From Lingula anatina (taxonomy: Eukaryota; Animalia; Brachiopoda), in NCBI GenBank assembly GCA_051362555.1, contig CM120643.1:17798848-17862847 (forward strand): a stretch of DNA of 64,000 nt, read 5' to 3'. Position 1 is the stretch's first letter. Each line of letters starts with the position of its first letter. The notes below the pieces were generated by a model that worked only from the letters and a program-made list of their open reading frames with translations, did no database searches and was not told where the DNA came from. The translations under genes and the position numbers were made by a program. This document shows, one piece after another, positions 38,201 through 49,953 of this stretch.

Positions 38201-41200
38201 TTTTGACAGAGTGGAAAACCTACAGGAAGTAAGATGGATACTTGTTTTAAAAATATTCACCAAAAGTTTCACCATCAAACTTTCAAATAAAAACAAAATA
38301 TACATCTCTATCCAAACTATGTGGAAAACAATGGTATGTTGACTGAATATAAAATAGGTCCTTTTCTTCATGGGAGTCCAAATCTCATGGGTATAAAAAT
38401 GAAGGTTTTCATGATTTCTTTTTCATTCTTTCACTCACAATTTTATCATCAAACTTTTAAAAATTTCCAATACATTTTTCATAAAATATCCTAAAAGGAA
38501 AGGTGTTGAAATGATCATCAAATATTGAATAGATAGCTTTTTCATTGGGGAGTCATTGGGTGATAAAATGCACATTCTTAATTTTCTTATTTTTCATGTT
38601 TTTTTTTTCTTTTTTTTTTTCTTTTAGTTTTTCACCCAATATTTTACCATCAAACTTTTAAATATTTCCAATATAATCTTCATATAGTAAAAGTTAAGGA
38701 AAGGTGTTGAAATGATCATCAAATATTAAATAGATAACTTTTTCATAGGGGAAGACAATGGGCGGTTAAGTGCACATTTTTAATTTTCTTATTTTTTCAT
38801 GAAAATTTTCACCTGCAAACTACAAAAAAAGTGCCAATGTATCCTCCATTATGCATACTACAAGATCACAGTCATATACTCAAATAAAATGAGATTTATG
38901 AAGTTTTGTGGAGGGGGAGTCAAATTTTCACGGGGGAGTCAGATTTTCATTACGTGCACATTTTTAATTTGCTTATTTTTTCATGAAAATGTTCACCTGC
39001 AAACTACAAAAAAGTGCCAATGTATCCTCCATTATGCATACTACAAGATCACAGTCATATACTCAAATAAAATGAGATTTATGAAGTTTTGTGAAGGGGG
39101 AGTCAAATTTTCATTATGTGCACATTTTTAATTTTTTTATTTTTTTCATGAAAAAATTCACCTGCAAACTACAATAAAGGGCCAATCTATCCTTCATTTT
39201 ACATACTACAAGATCACAGTTATATACTCAAAATAAAATTATATTTAAGAAGTTTTGTGGAGGGGGAGTCAAATTTTCATGGGGGGAGTCAGATTTTCAT
39301 TATGTGCACATTTTTAATTTTTTTATTTTTTTCATGAAAAATTTCACCTGCAAACTACAATAAAGGGCCAATCTATCCTTCATTTTACATACTACAAGAT
39401 CACAGTTATATACTCAAAATAAAATTATATTTAAGAAGTTTTGTGGAGGGGGAGTCAAATTTTCATGGGGGGAGTCAGATTTTCATTATGTGCACATTTT
39501 TAATTTTTTTATTTTTTTCATGAAAAATTTCACCTGCAAACTACAATAAAGGGCCAATCTATCCTTCATTTTACATACTACAAGATCACAGTTATATACT
39601 CAAAATAAAATTATATTTAAGAAGTTTTGTGGAGGGGGAGTCAAATTTTCATGGGGGGAGTCAGATTTTCATTATGAAAATCTGACTGGGGGAGTCAGAT
39701 TTTCATGGGAGTCAGATTTTTATGTTACAGCCCGGTAAATAGCTAGTTACCCGGATGTCGATGCAGCAACGGCAACTTCTTGGCGACCGAAAACCCCATT
39801 TTGGGTATCCAATCGGTTGCTTATCTGGCGCATATTGGTTTTTAATTTATATATGCAGCTGCTGTTACTGTTTTCTTTTTGTTCTTTTAACCCTATACGT
39901 TTACTACTTACAATGCAAAGTGATTGAATCGTTGCTTGAAGCGTTGTATCTGACAGATCGTGCACATCGCGCACTTTTTACATTATCATGCTAGTGGAAA
40001 CAGCCTTCTTGCGACTGAGAATACCTGCCGCCTTCCTAGCAACCTCATGCGACCTTAAAATAAAACGCATGAAAACCTTCTTGCGAGGGAGACTGCCTAA
40101 AAGTTGCCATTAGTTTTAAGTTCGGCGTTACCGAGTCTTAATGCTGCATGTAGCATAGATTCTGTCTGTATCAGTTTTAAAAGTAGAGTTTAAGGTAATA
40201 AATTAAAGGTAAAGGTTGGTGTTATTTATAAAAGCTATATACATCTACATACTTGTATAGAAGCAAATACATGTACCTCAGTCTACAATAATGATATTTG
40301 TGACTATATAAAAATAAAACACGAAACGTACTTTCTAGGCAATGGTCTCCGGTAAACCCAATTGAGCAAATACATGTAGCATTGACACCAGTACACACAC
40401 CAGGGAAACAATGATGACTTTCATTTTTCCACGAGCATTTTGCTGAAAATTTAAAAAGAATTTGTAGTCACAGGAAGGCACAGCAGATCCAGAATTTCTG
40501 TACAATAGTTCACGTACACTGTACCATTTCCCCTATAATTACACAGGATAAAAAAGAAATTGCAGTAAAATTATCAGATAAACAGAGTTCGTTATTCTTT
40601 AGGAAAAATTATCTGGTACAAATCCATTTAACGAGTCTGAGTTCACTTTACACAGCACATACGTCTGCATGCAGTCCCCGTATTTTCAAAAGGTGGCACT
40701 GGAGTATCATCATAGAGACAAGACAAGCACCTGTTTGAAGACCCGTCACGTGGATTACACGAGACACTCTGACAATTGGCAATTGGAGGGCATGCTGCAA
40801 AGAATATATTAACAAAATCAAAGAATATTCAATCAACAAAATCAAATATTCTTCAAATGATTTCAATAGGCATATTTATTCCTCAACTTGCAGTAGATCT
40901 ACAGACATAACGGACAAATAATCGATTTAGAAAATGAAGAGCATTTTTTTCTTATTTGTCCGCGTTATTATAAAACAGAATGAAGCTAAAAGCACACAGA
41001 TCATTCACAGCAAATAAAATCTAATAAATAAGTATTTAATAAATAATCTAATAAATAGATAAAATCAATAAATAAAGCACACTTACACTTGCTGCATTTA
41101 GGTCCATAGTATCCCTTATCACAAGTGCAATAGTATGAGCCAGGCAGATTATTGCAAATTCCATTCTCACAGTAATTGGTACCATTGACTGATGTTGTGG

Positions 41201-44200
41201 CATTGCATTCGTTCACATCTAAAGCATACATAACCAAATGCAGTGTTAGTTTCGCCGAAGAAGGGCCTATGGGTGAAAGGCTGGCCATCAGGCAGTCATG
41301 AGAAGACTAGGGTGTAGTTTGAAATGATTCAAGCCTTATGATTAATATTTTTAAGTCTCTATCCCATTAGATGGGGTATTGCACAGCTGGGAGCTTTTTG
41401 ACTCTTTTGTGGACCAAAATATGACAAACCCAAGAAAATCATGTTTCATTTCAGTAGAATCGACATTCTATTTTTCAGTAAAAGTTTCTTTTCTCATAAC
41501 TAAGAGAACAGTCTAAGAGATATGTCAGCCATTGATATCTTTTATGATGTTGAAAAAACAGAGAAGGCCAGTAATGGAGTGGAATATCTATTTGTATGTT
41601 TTTTTACTACTTATCACTGCAAGATCTATCAGTTCAAACATTCACTTTCCCTTTACTTATTGAAACAGTAGGCCTATCTACAATTTATTTACAAATCGAC
41701 TTCAAATGCCGTTAACTGTCCTATGTGAACTACATACACGACAACCTCACTGATTAAGCGCTTAGTTCAAATACATACATTTTGAAGTGTTTGCACATTG
41801 TTGATTATCTCACATGCGAAGCCTTGGATCATTATAAAAAGACATGTCGTTGATATGAATATGAATGTCCTTATTCACGTTGGTATAGTGTAAATGCACC
41901 TCAAGCTTGTGGTCCTTACAACTCCAATGCTTTCACGGCTCCATATTAACGATATGTACACACACTGGACAATAGAAGTGTCCCCCTACTGAACCAATAC
42001 TATGGGGGAGATAAATGACTGTGGAATGATATGCTCCTGGTGTCATTTTATTAACATCAAATTTCACAAAAAATCATAAAATGAGAACAAAATATACATT
42101 CTACCAAAATATGCAGTTCAAGTCCAAAATTAGTACTTAGTGGCATAGCCACGTGACCTAATAATAGGTGCCAGTCTACGAGGCAAGGATTCATATAATT
42201 GTCTGATGCGTTCAGGGCTTATGCTGGCCCAAGCATGAAACACTGAAAATAAGAGAGTTTCTCTGCTGGTTAGACAGGCATTTGTCAAAGGTTTTGACAT
42301 ATCATTCCACACATTTTCTATTATGTTTGTATCTGGACTCTGGGCAGGCCAGATCACCCTGCGAATGTCCTGTTGGTCAAACCAATCATCAACTGCTCTG
42401 GGCCTGTGACAAGGAGCATTGTCATCCTGGTGAACAAATGGATAATTCCTGTCACCAAACATGTTAGTAATAGATGGTAGCAAGCCTGACTCCAAAACAT
42501 CGATATATTTCTAGTGATTCATGTTTCCATCAACCGCTATCAATTCGCCCACGCCATGGATGCTGATGCAGCCCCACACCATGATGAATATTCTGCTCCG
42601 GGTTCGAAAATTCAGTGCATGTGGTTCAAATGCTTTACCAGCAGTTCGCCAGCATCGTACTCGTCTGTCATCAGAGGTCAGACCAAAGCGACACTCATCA
42701 GAAAAAAATATATAGGACCAATTGTCATGGACTGTCCAGTTCCAGATACTGTTGACCCTAGTTCACTCTACGTTGCCTGTTTTGTAACGATATAAGAGGT
42801 TTCAGTCTTGCTACCCTGCTGTACACTCTATGAGCATGTAACCGACGCCTAGCAATTTTCACAGACACATTCTTATGTGTGAAATTGTTCCACTGTGTTG
42901 TCAACTGACAAGCAGTGTCGAACTTTGACAACCTGGACATCAAAATCAGTCGTCGGTCTTCACGGCCAGTAGTTTTTCTTGGACGACCCATCAGAGGCAA
43001 TTATTTGTCTCTTGATCCAGTGTTTCTATACCGAGACCAGACCCTCTGCACGGTTCTGACTGAACAATTCAATTGTATCGATATTCTGACATTGCTTATA
43101 TTCCGCCTCTTCAGGTAAATAACTTGCACCTATAACCGTTAGATAATTGCCTGTATCTTGCCATATTGGAGGAAGACAGGAATAACACTTGCTGTACATG
43201 TACAATACCAACAATACAAATCCATGGTACAGCGGTTTTATACTCATTAGTCACATTATAAGTAGACCAGGCATTATAAGTACCCAAGATCTGCCTACTT
43301 TTATTACTCTGAGTTAGGGGGTGACACTTCTATTGCCCAGTGTGTGTAAGTGTCACTAATAAGGTGGCACTTCGCAGCACCGGCGGTTACCGAAACGTCT
43401 ACTTATAGTATAAAGGTCACTGCCAATCACAAATAAGTTTTTTACCGATTCAAGTTGATTAAAGCTGATGGCGTATAATAGCTGCAGGGCAAATATATTT
43501 TTGTCTGTTTTTTCCCTGGCCCTCCCGAATATGTGTAATATTTCACTTGGAATTAAAGTTTACATGTGTTGTGAGGCTATAAAAAGCTTAAGTGCTTAGA
43601 TATCAACATCCTAAAAAATGCCTTCAGACCATTGCCAAATACATGTAATCATGTTCAGGCGGAGATCGTAACCACTCCGGAGGAGAAAATAAGTGATTTT
43701 AATAAATGGTTGCAATACTTTTCTAGCTGCGCACGTAGTACACATGCGCAGCTCCTATCTGCCGTCCGCATTTTCCTGATACGAGCCTGGAGGAAGGAGA
43801 GAACATCAACAACAACAAAAAACGAAAATGCCACTTTGACCTAAAACGAAAAAGTGGGCATAGTTTACAAATAATACCCATGAACAATATATATTAATAT
43901 TTTAATGACCAGTTTTATGTGAAGTCATTTAAACTGATTGTGGTTCCCAGGCTATTTAACTTAACTGGTAACTATTCCTTCCATACTCTCCATACTCTCT
44001 ACCACTGCAATAAAAAATGGTATATAAGTCTGTTAAATTCTTATATACATTTAATTTAGTTCTAAATGTACCCCATAACATTTACACTGCATCTTTCTGA
44101 ACATTTCAGAGGGAAATATCGAAAGGTGCTTTTGTATGAGGGAGTCTGAATAGGGAAAGGTAATAATAATAATAATAATCGAAGACACTGAAAACAGAGT

Positions 44201-46169
44201 TTCATATCATCAAGGCAAATATAGTTTTAGCTGATTTGTGAACACATAATTAACGGGGTTCGGCACGTGAAGATTTTTTTCTTTTCCTCTTAGATAATGT
44301 GGGAATAAACTCTGTCATGGTATACAATAAATCGTTGCACCTAAAAAAACATGGAAGCCAATTTGCTCATTCGAGATGATGTCATAACAACATCTTTTTA
44401 GGGTAAAAATGAAAATATCGCTTTTAAACAGATCTCTCTTGAAAAGCTGTTTGTAATTTTCATTAGAGCGACCAAATAATGACTTTGTTTAACGGAACAT
44501 TGTTATTAAGGACAAGCTCTTGCATCAGATTGTATTCCACACCCTAGATAATTTTACTGATAATGTTTAATTTAGTAAAAGAGCTAAGTCGGAAACCGAT
44601 CCCTCATCTCACACCAATATACAAAGCATGGCAATTGGTGATTAACGCTTGGTCACCCTATGAGCAGAAGTGTGTGGTGGCGAATATTAACAAACAACAA
44701 AAAATTGGAGCCTGTACTTCAAAAATGTTTACTTTTATTGCGCCTATGTTCAGATAAGTTGTGCACTAATATACCTACCTATGCACGTTCTGGACCCGGA
44801 CAACTCATAACCACGAACACAGTCGCATCTGTAGCTACCCGGGGTGTTAATACACTTATCTGAGCATCCTCCAGCATTATTACTGCACTCGTCAATATCG
44901 ACAGCCTCTGGAAATGTTGAAATATATGTAGACCATCGAATTGCAAGGCATCCCAATTTTTTTCATGCAGGACTAAAAGCCAGGCGAATAGGTATTTCTG
45001 TGAACATTAATAATAATTTAATATTAAAATATAATTCTAAAATAATTATAATTAAAATTATAATTTCAAAATGCAATTTAGAATTTGTTACTCCCGTGAT
45101 ATTTGCATAATGATGTTATGAACAACAAAAGTACTATAGGTGACTATTTGTGTTAAAGAGCACGTGTTTAATCACGAAAGAGCACTGTTAAATCAACAGA
45201 CTTACCATAGCGAGCCTCAAACCCATAGTACGCGTAATTACTTGAATCGGAGTGAAAGTAAAATGTCATATAGCGACCTGATGAGTAAATTGGTTGAGGA
45301 CGCTGGCCCCAGGAACCACGCCCAAAGACCGCCACCAGGTTAGAGGTGGTGGAACTGTCGTATACATGCAGGGCGTCTGTGGTTTGTTGTATTTGAAAAT
45401 TTCTAGTAAAAGTCACCTTTATCCTGTATCCCACAGGAACAGTTATATACCAGTAACAGTTTTGATAATTATTGTAATTATAATTGTATCGTGCCGCATA
45501 GAATGTCCCCGACATCCCTGAATCAAGCCTGTAGGTGCCACTATTACAGGACTGGAAAATGCAACGTTTTATGTTTTAGCATGACGAATATGTTCACAAC
45601 TGGTTCCACGCACTAACATATATAATAGTACTATTTAGAAATTTAACATTTGCATTTTGACTAATGACTTCATCGCTACTTTCACACCAAAAAGTATTTG
45701 GGCGATATTTATCAACGGTCTTCAGACAAATCATCAAATTAATGAACACTCATTTTAGAGGGTAGATAGGCTACTAGTATAAGCTCAGACATTTGTTTGT
45801 TTGTTTGTTCAAATATACAGATGTAAATCACAAATGTTGGTGAAGTTTATGAAAACAGAGATGCCTAAATAATTCCCGTTAGTTAAAACAACATGGTCTT
45901 TTTTAAACAACACACAGATGTTGAACTTGCCGAACCTTTGAAGCTTTTCATTTCGATGTTGACAGCATTCAAATGCCGTCGAGTTCATGCTGGGACTTCA
46001 TTTAAATCATTGTATTTCTAAGAACTCTACCTTCATTTACCTACGTTTATAAGGACTTACTTTTACATGAACTTACCGTATACGAAACACTTTCCGATGA
46101 TACAGCTTGGAGCAGAAATGACAGACATATAAATGTCCAGACAATGAGTTCTACATGTATCCGCGACAT
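23231..46169 (-). CDS. Large secreted protein, copy 1: signal peptide-CUB-cbEGF-cbEGF-Cys-rich-[EGF + beta-rich FN3/Ig-like module]x2; about 1475 aa. 22 exons: 46077-46169, 45206-45551, 44779-44907, 41087-41218, 40663-40794, 40332-40442, 35602-35841, 34881-35007, 34391-34616, 29505-30295, 29152-29260, 28339-28506, 28074-28101, 27723-27833, 27234-27479, 26869-26992, 26134-26341, 25149-25655, 24697-24968, 24313-24415, 23609-23782, 23231-23281
   Basis: Hand-spliced frame is continuous from [25 protein letters not shown] (signal peptide) through CUB ([16 protein letters not shown]...YD...[16 protein letters not shown]), DIDEC/DVNEC EGFs and WSGW.D..[AS]G / D.AGNS...RRFV.YD modules to [16 protein letters not shown]. 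No transmembrane segment. Exon sizes for the 3' part are confirmed by the paralog. Confidence 0.85.
30428..34250. mobile_element. ~3.8-kb non-autonomous DNA transposon with ~165-bp TIRs, inside an intron of copy 1
   Basis: cgtgtgttaagcctctcttctggtcctcaaatcaagttcggtcccttggttctaaactgttta... (30428-30592) is inverted at about 34085-34250. Possible 2-bp CA TSD. No intact ORF inside. Confidence 0.85.
36725..39730. mobile_element. Foldback-like DNA transposon whose long inverted arms are built of ~186-bp tandem units
   Basis: cccg|ctgtaacatgaaaatc...gatttttatgttacag|cccg (4-bp TSD). About 2 units in the left arm (36820-37200) are inverted relative to about 5 units in the right arm (38770-39670). 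Three right-arm units are near-identical at a 186-bp period (39115, 39301, 39487). Confidence 0.9.
37214..37960. mobile_element. piggyBac-like MITE nested in the foldback element
   Basis: ccaagtaccacaggtaaggcctggagcactgaaat and atttcagtgctccaggtcctacctgtggcattgg are inverted repeats, flanked by ttta and ttaa. Confidence 0.65.
41959..43346 (-). mobile_element. Full-length Tc1-family transposon (1.39 kb) with a decayed DD34E transposase (about 42130-43164)
   Basis: TA|cacacactggacaatagaagtgtc...gacacttctattgcccagtgtgtg|TA. Fragments [24 protein letters not shown]-34 aa-E ([15 protein letters not shown]) and RGYATKY, interrupted by stops and frameshifts. Confidence 0.95.
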
Positions 46170-46206
46170 TTTACGCCACACTGGTACACCGATAAAATAG
46201 GTTGCA

Positions 46207-46213
46207 TTTTATA
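46207..46213 (-). promoter_or_regulatory. TATA box (TATAAAA) of secreted-protein gene copy 1
   Basis: cTATAAAAtgc on the minus strand, about 38 bp upstream of the ATG at 46169. Confidence 0.55.
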
Positions 46214-46858
46214 GGCTAACTACTCTGGCTATCTAAGATAGCTATTCATGTATGATAATAAACAAGTGCGACCACGTACAGCACGTCTAGAGCAGTGGGG
46301 GTATTTTGTATTTGATTGACAACTTATCAATTATGATGCGAGATGCAAAAATACCCCAAGAGGATACAACTCCTTGCTCCATGTTACAGCCATACTTCAT
46401 CAAATCTCAGTGTCACTACTGTTATAGACGCTTTACCACTCACTCATGTTATGAAAGGGAAGACAACAACAAATCCTTAAAGCCTACGGTCACAAGGCAT
46501 TCTCACTTGCAGTCTCCATCCTTTGGAGTCAGCTGCCTCAACATATTAGAACTGAATCCAGTGTTGGTATGTTTTAATAAGATGAAAAACGTTTAATTTC
46601 AACTGCATATCAACCGATTTCGTGTTTTACTTCCAACATAAAATTCAGCTCCAACGTTTTAATAACGTATATCTTAATATTTCTTCATCATTTACACTAT
46701 AACTCCAAGGGGATTGAACTCCCAATCAATGAGTACATTGAGTCTATTGATAATTTTGTCATTTTTCCTCTAGTACACACAGTACACTGAATACGAAAGG
46801 AGTGACGACATATCTTGCCTTTCGTCATCCCAAATGCACGGTGCTGAGATTACTCATG

Positions 46859-47024
46859 CAGGCCCGTAGCCAGCAACTTCAGAGGGGGGTCCTTTTCTGA
46901 AAAAGTGGAACTTTTACCATAAAATCCTCAAGTACATAGATCAAATTTTACCCAGAGTGGACCTTTACCCAGAAAAAAGGGTGGTTCTTTCGAAGCCCCC
47001 GAACCCCCCCTGGCTACGGGCCTG
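46859..47024. mobile_element. MITE with CAGGCCCGTAGCC TIRs; a second related 5' end starts at 47036
   Basis: tcatg|caggcccgtagcca...tggctacgggcctg|tcctg (5-bp TSD with one mismatch). Confidence 0.75.
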
Positions 47025-47459
47025 TCCTGACCTGGCAGGCCCGTAGCTGGGGGCGGGGAGGTTCGGGAGGTTCGAAAGAACCACCCCTTTTGCTGAGAAA
47101 AGGGATTGCTTCTCTAAATACACTCCAAAGATTGACCAAACACATGCGTTTTTATACGAGGGCAGAAATTGCCGAAAAGACCACCCCTCACATTTCTGAC
47201 CACAGAACATGCAACTGCATGCATCAATTGTTTCGAGAGCTGTGTGGTAATTCACCTGGCTATACATGGATTGACACCTCAGTTTCAGATTTAAAATAGT
47301 TAGAGAGAAAATAAATATTTTGTAGAAAATTTACTCGCCAAAAAATAATATTCCATATTAAGAAGTAACCCTGTATCTAGTAGACATTTATTTTGTACTA
47401 TTGTTTCATTAAATTTTTGAAATTCTTGGGATAATATACGTTAAAAAGTAATATGCATG

Positions 47460-49085
47460 TATAAATTAACCTTGCTTTCATTCTGGTCGGTGCATGTCCA
47501 TAAATTGGTACCTAACTATATAATGTTTATCCAAGGCTTAATCCTGAAATCGGGTTGATGGACATCAAACAAGAACATATCTTTTACCACTTGCTGTGCC
47601 ACAGGGTTATCTTCTTCCCACCAGCTTATATCGATATTAACAAAATTAAACAGATAATAAACTACTTCAAACGCGCCTATATGCACTGTACTACTACAGC
47701 ACTTAGCAAGACTTTGAAGCTTAATACATGGTGCTTAAAGGGGAGATACAGCATCTGAGTGAAAGCTTTGACATCATGTACTGCAGGGTTCCATTTGGGC
47801 CTAACGCCAGACAAAATTGATGAAATTTCAAGGAAATCAGAATATCTTTTGCAACTTAGAGAAAATAGTGAGAATAAACTTTGAATTGGAATGCAAATCA
47901 TATCTCAGATACCTCATACAAATCATATCTCGGATAAATCAAACTTCACTACTCAGCTTCACTACTCAACACGTGGGTTACAGGTGATACACTTGTACAT
48001 CCTAACGCTATGTGACCTGACCTTCTTGGTGTGTACACATCCATAAGATAATTCAACGGCCTCTTATTAGTGGTTATTTGCCCTTCAGAATCCTCCATAT
48101 CCACGTTAGAGGTCTTTCCCAGTTCAATATTTTCCACGTGAGCCTCGTGAAGTGATGCTGCTATTTTATCCGTGGAAATGTACGCATTGCGTTTGCTGAG
48201 ACAATTTGCAAATTTACAGTGCGCTTTTCAATTCGAGTTTCTGTATTCTTATACTTGGCACTTCTCATATGGGTATCTCCCATGGTATAGATTCCCACTG
48301 TATAGAAAAACGCATTATCATTTCATGCAAGTAATAAGATATCTCAAATTCCTGAACGTACATTTGCAAACAAATAAAAACAATTGCGCATCCCGGATAC
48401 AGTAGGACACGTTTCTTCCACTCAACTTCGGAGGTATCCCCTTCCCCCCCCCCCTTCCTAAAAAAAAAAAAGAAAAGAAAATCCGACCCATTGTGTTTGC
48501 AGGTGGTTTGCAATTTTTCAGCATTCGCCTCAGCTTTTGATATTTTTATTAACATTAAATTAATAGATACGTGTATCATTATTTTAATAATAAATTACCC
48601 TTACTTTCATTCTGGTCGGTGCAAGTCCATAAATTGGTACCCAAATATATAATGTTTATCCAAGGATTAATCCAGAAATCGGGTTGATGGACATCAAACA
48701 AGAACAGTGCCACAGGGCTATCTTCTTCCCACCAGCTTATATCGATATTAACAAAATTAAATAGATAATAAACGACTTCAAACGCGCCTATATGCACTGT
48801 ACTACAGCACTTAAAAAACTTTAAAACTTCAAAGTGCAATCAGGTGAATGGATTGCAAGGTGCTAAAAGGGGAGATCTGAGGGAAAGCTTTGGCAGTATG
48901 TACTGCAGGGTTCCATATAGGCCTAAGGCCAGACAAAGTTGATGAAATTGTTAGCGAGGGCCACCGGCCCCAATTTCAAGGAAATAGAACCTAGACGAGA
49001 AAATAGTGATAATAAGTTTAAATTGAAATGCAAATCATATCTCAGATATCTCATATTAATCATATCTCAGTAAAGTCGAACTTGA
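47460..49085. repeat. Diverged ~480-bp direct repeat pair (about 47460-47945 and 48590-49085)
   Basis: Shared blocks such as ctttcattctggtcggtgca, gaaatcgggttgatggacatcaaacaagaaca, tcttcccaccagcttatatcgatattaacaaaattaaa and atgcaaatcatatctcagata. Confidence 0.85.
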
Positions 49086-49719
49086 CATAGAAACTGCTTT
49101 TAATTTGTATTGGCTATTTCATTTTCTTAATCTTTTAATTTCGTTGTTTTATTATTATTTATTATTATTATCATTATTTGTAAATTCAAACACCATAGGA
49201 GAAAGGGGTTTTAAAAAACCTGAATACTGCATATACATGTACTTTATGCACGATTTATTGAACAGTTCTTGTACGAACATGTCAACACAAGTCTACATGA
49301 ATTCATGTCATATCGGATCCACGATTATTTGAAGGGGGTCCGCGGATGCGAAGCTGACCCTCCACCCCCACACCACCCCCTTATAGTGGCGTTCGGGGCC
49401 AGCTGAATGCCCCGAAAAACCTACAACCTGGAAACAAAACCTGCTGACCTGTATACCAACATATCACATAAAGAGTGTGGGCAACTGAAAGCCCGGGCCA
49501 GTAATAAGTGCACAAGTTCTGCATGCAGAAACACACAGAAAACCACTTGTTCATGCATAAAACCAACTATGGCCAATAAAGTAATGTTTATACTGACAAA
49601 GGATGATGAAAAATGTTCTCTCCATGCCGTCTGCTCACTGCCATCACAAGTAATGAAACGACGTTTACTGTCCAGCGAGCGAAAAGAGTCGGTGAAAGGG
49701 GTCAGCCAGACACTGGCCC

Positions 49720-49914
49720 CCGGTAATTTGACTCCGATTTTAGAGTCAGATTGACTAAATGAGAGCCAGGGGGTGATTGACTCTGATAAGAGAGTCTAAA
49801 GACTCTGGTAAGGAGGTAATTTGACCCTTATATAGGAGTCAAATTAACTGCATGAGGGTCAAGGGGTGCTGGACTCTGACTAGAGAGTCAAATGACTCCA
49901 ATTTATTCTCAATG
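49720..49914. mobile_element. Subterminal GACTC/GAGTC palindrome array, probably the end of a CACTA/EnSpm-like element
   Basis: Repeated tgactc...gagtca motifs ending in ttctcaatgta, directly next to the 5' break of the kinase pseudogene. Confidence 0.45.
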
Positions 49915-49953
49915 TATTCTATCTTCATTTAAATGACCATTTCCTTTTTTCAG

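Larger units (their letters stand above)
35980..40138. mobile_element. Old Harbinger-like element split by nested insertions
   Basis: Degenerate TIRs (tta-agcctgggtcacactg versus reverse complement tta-agactcggtaacgccg, 11/16 identical) and gtcgca/tgcgac subrepeats on both sides of the nested element. Confidence 0.4.

Noticed and set aside
38770-39720. Regular repeats as a possible CRISPR array
   Set aside because: The units are contiguous 186-bp tandem copies with no unique spacers, inside a TIR element in eukaryotic DNA with no cas genes.
41240-41300. Second hammerhead-like motif (ccgaagaagggcc...gaaa, or ctgatgg...ggcgaaac on the minus strand)
   Set aside because: The core is degenerate and stems I and II do not pair convincingly in either orientation.
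47460-49085. Direct repeats as the LTRs of a retrotransposon
   Set aside because: No TG...CA termini, primer-binding site, polypurine tract, TSD or gag/pol remnants seen.
49407-49754. 115-aa Cys-rich ORF
   Set aside because: No recognisable domain or supporting splice structure; it runs into a MITE end and may be a transposon relic.
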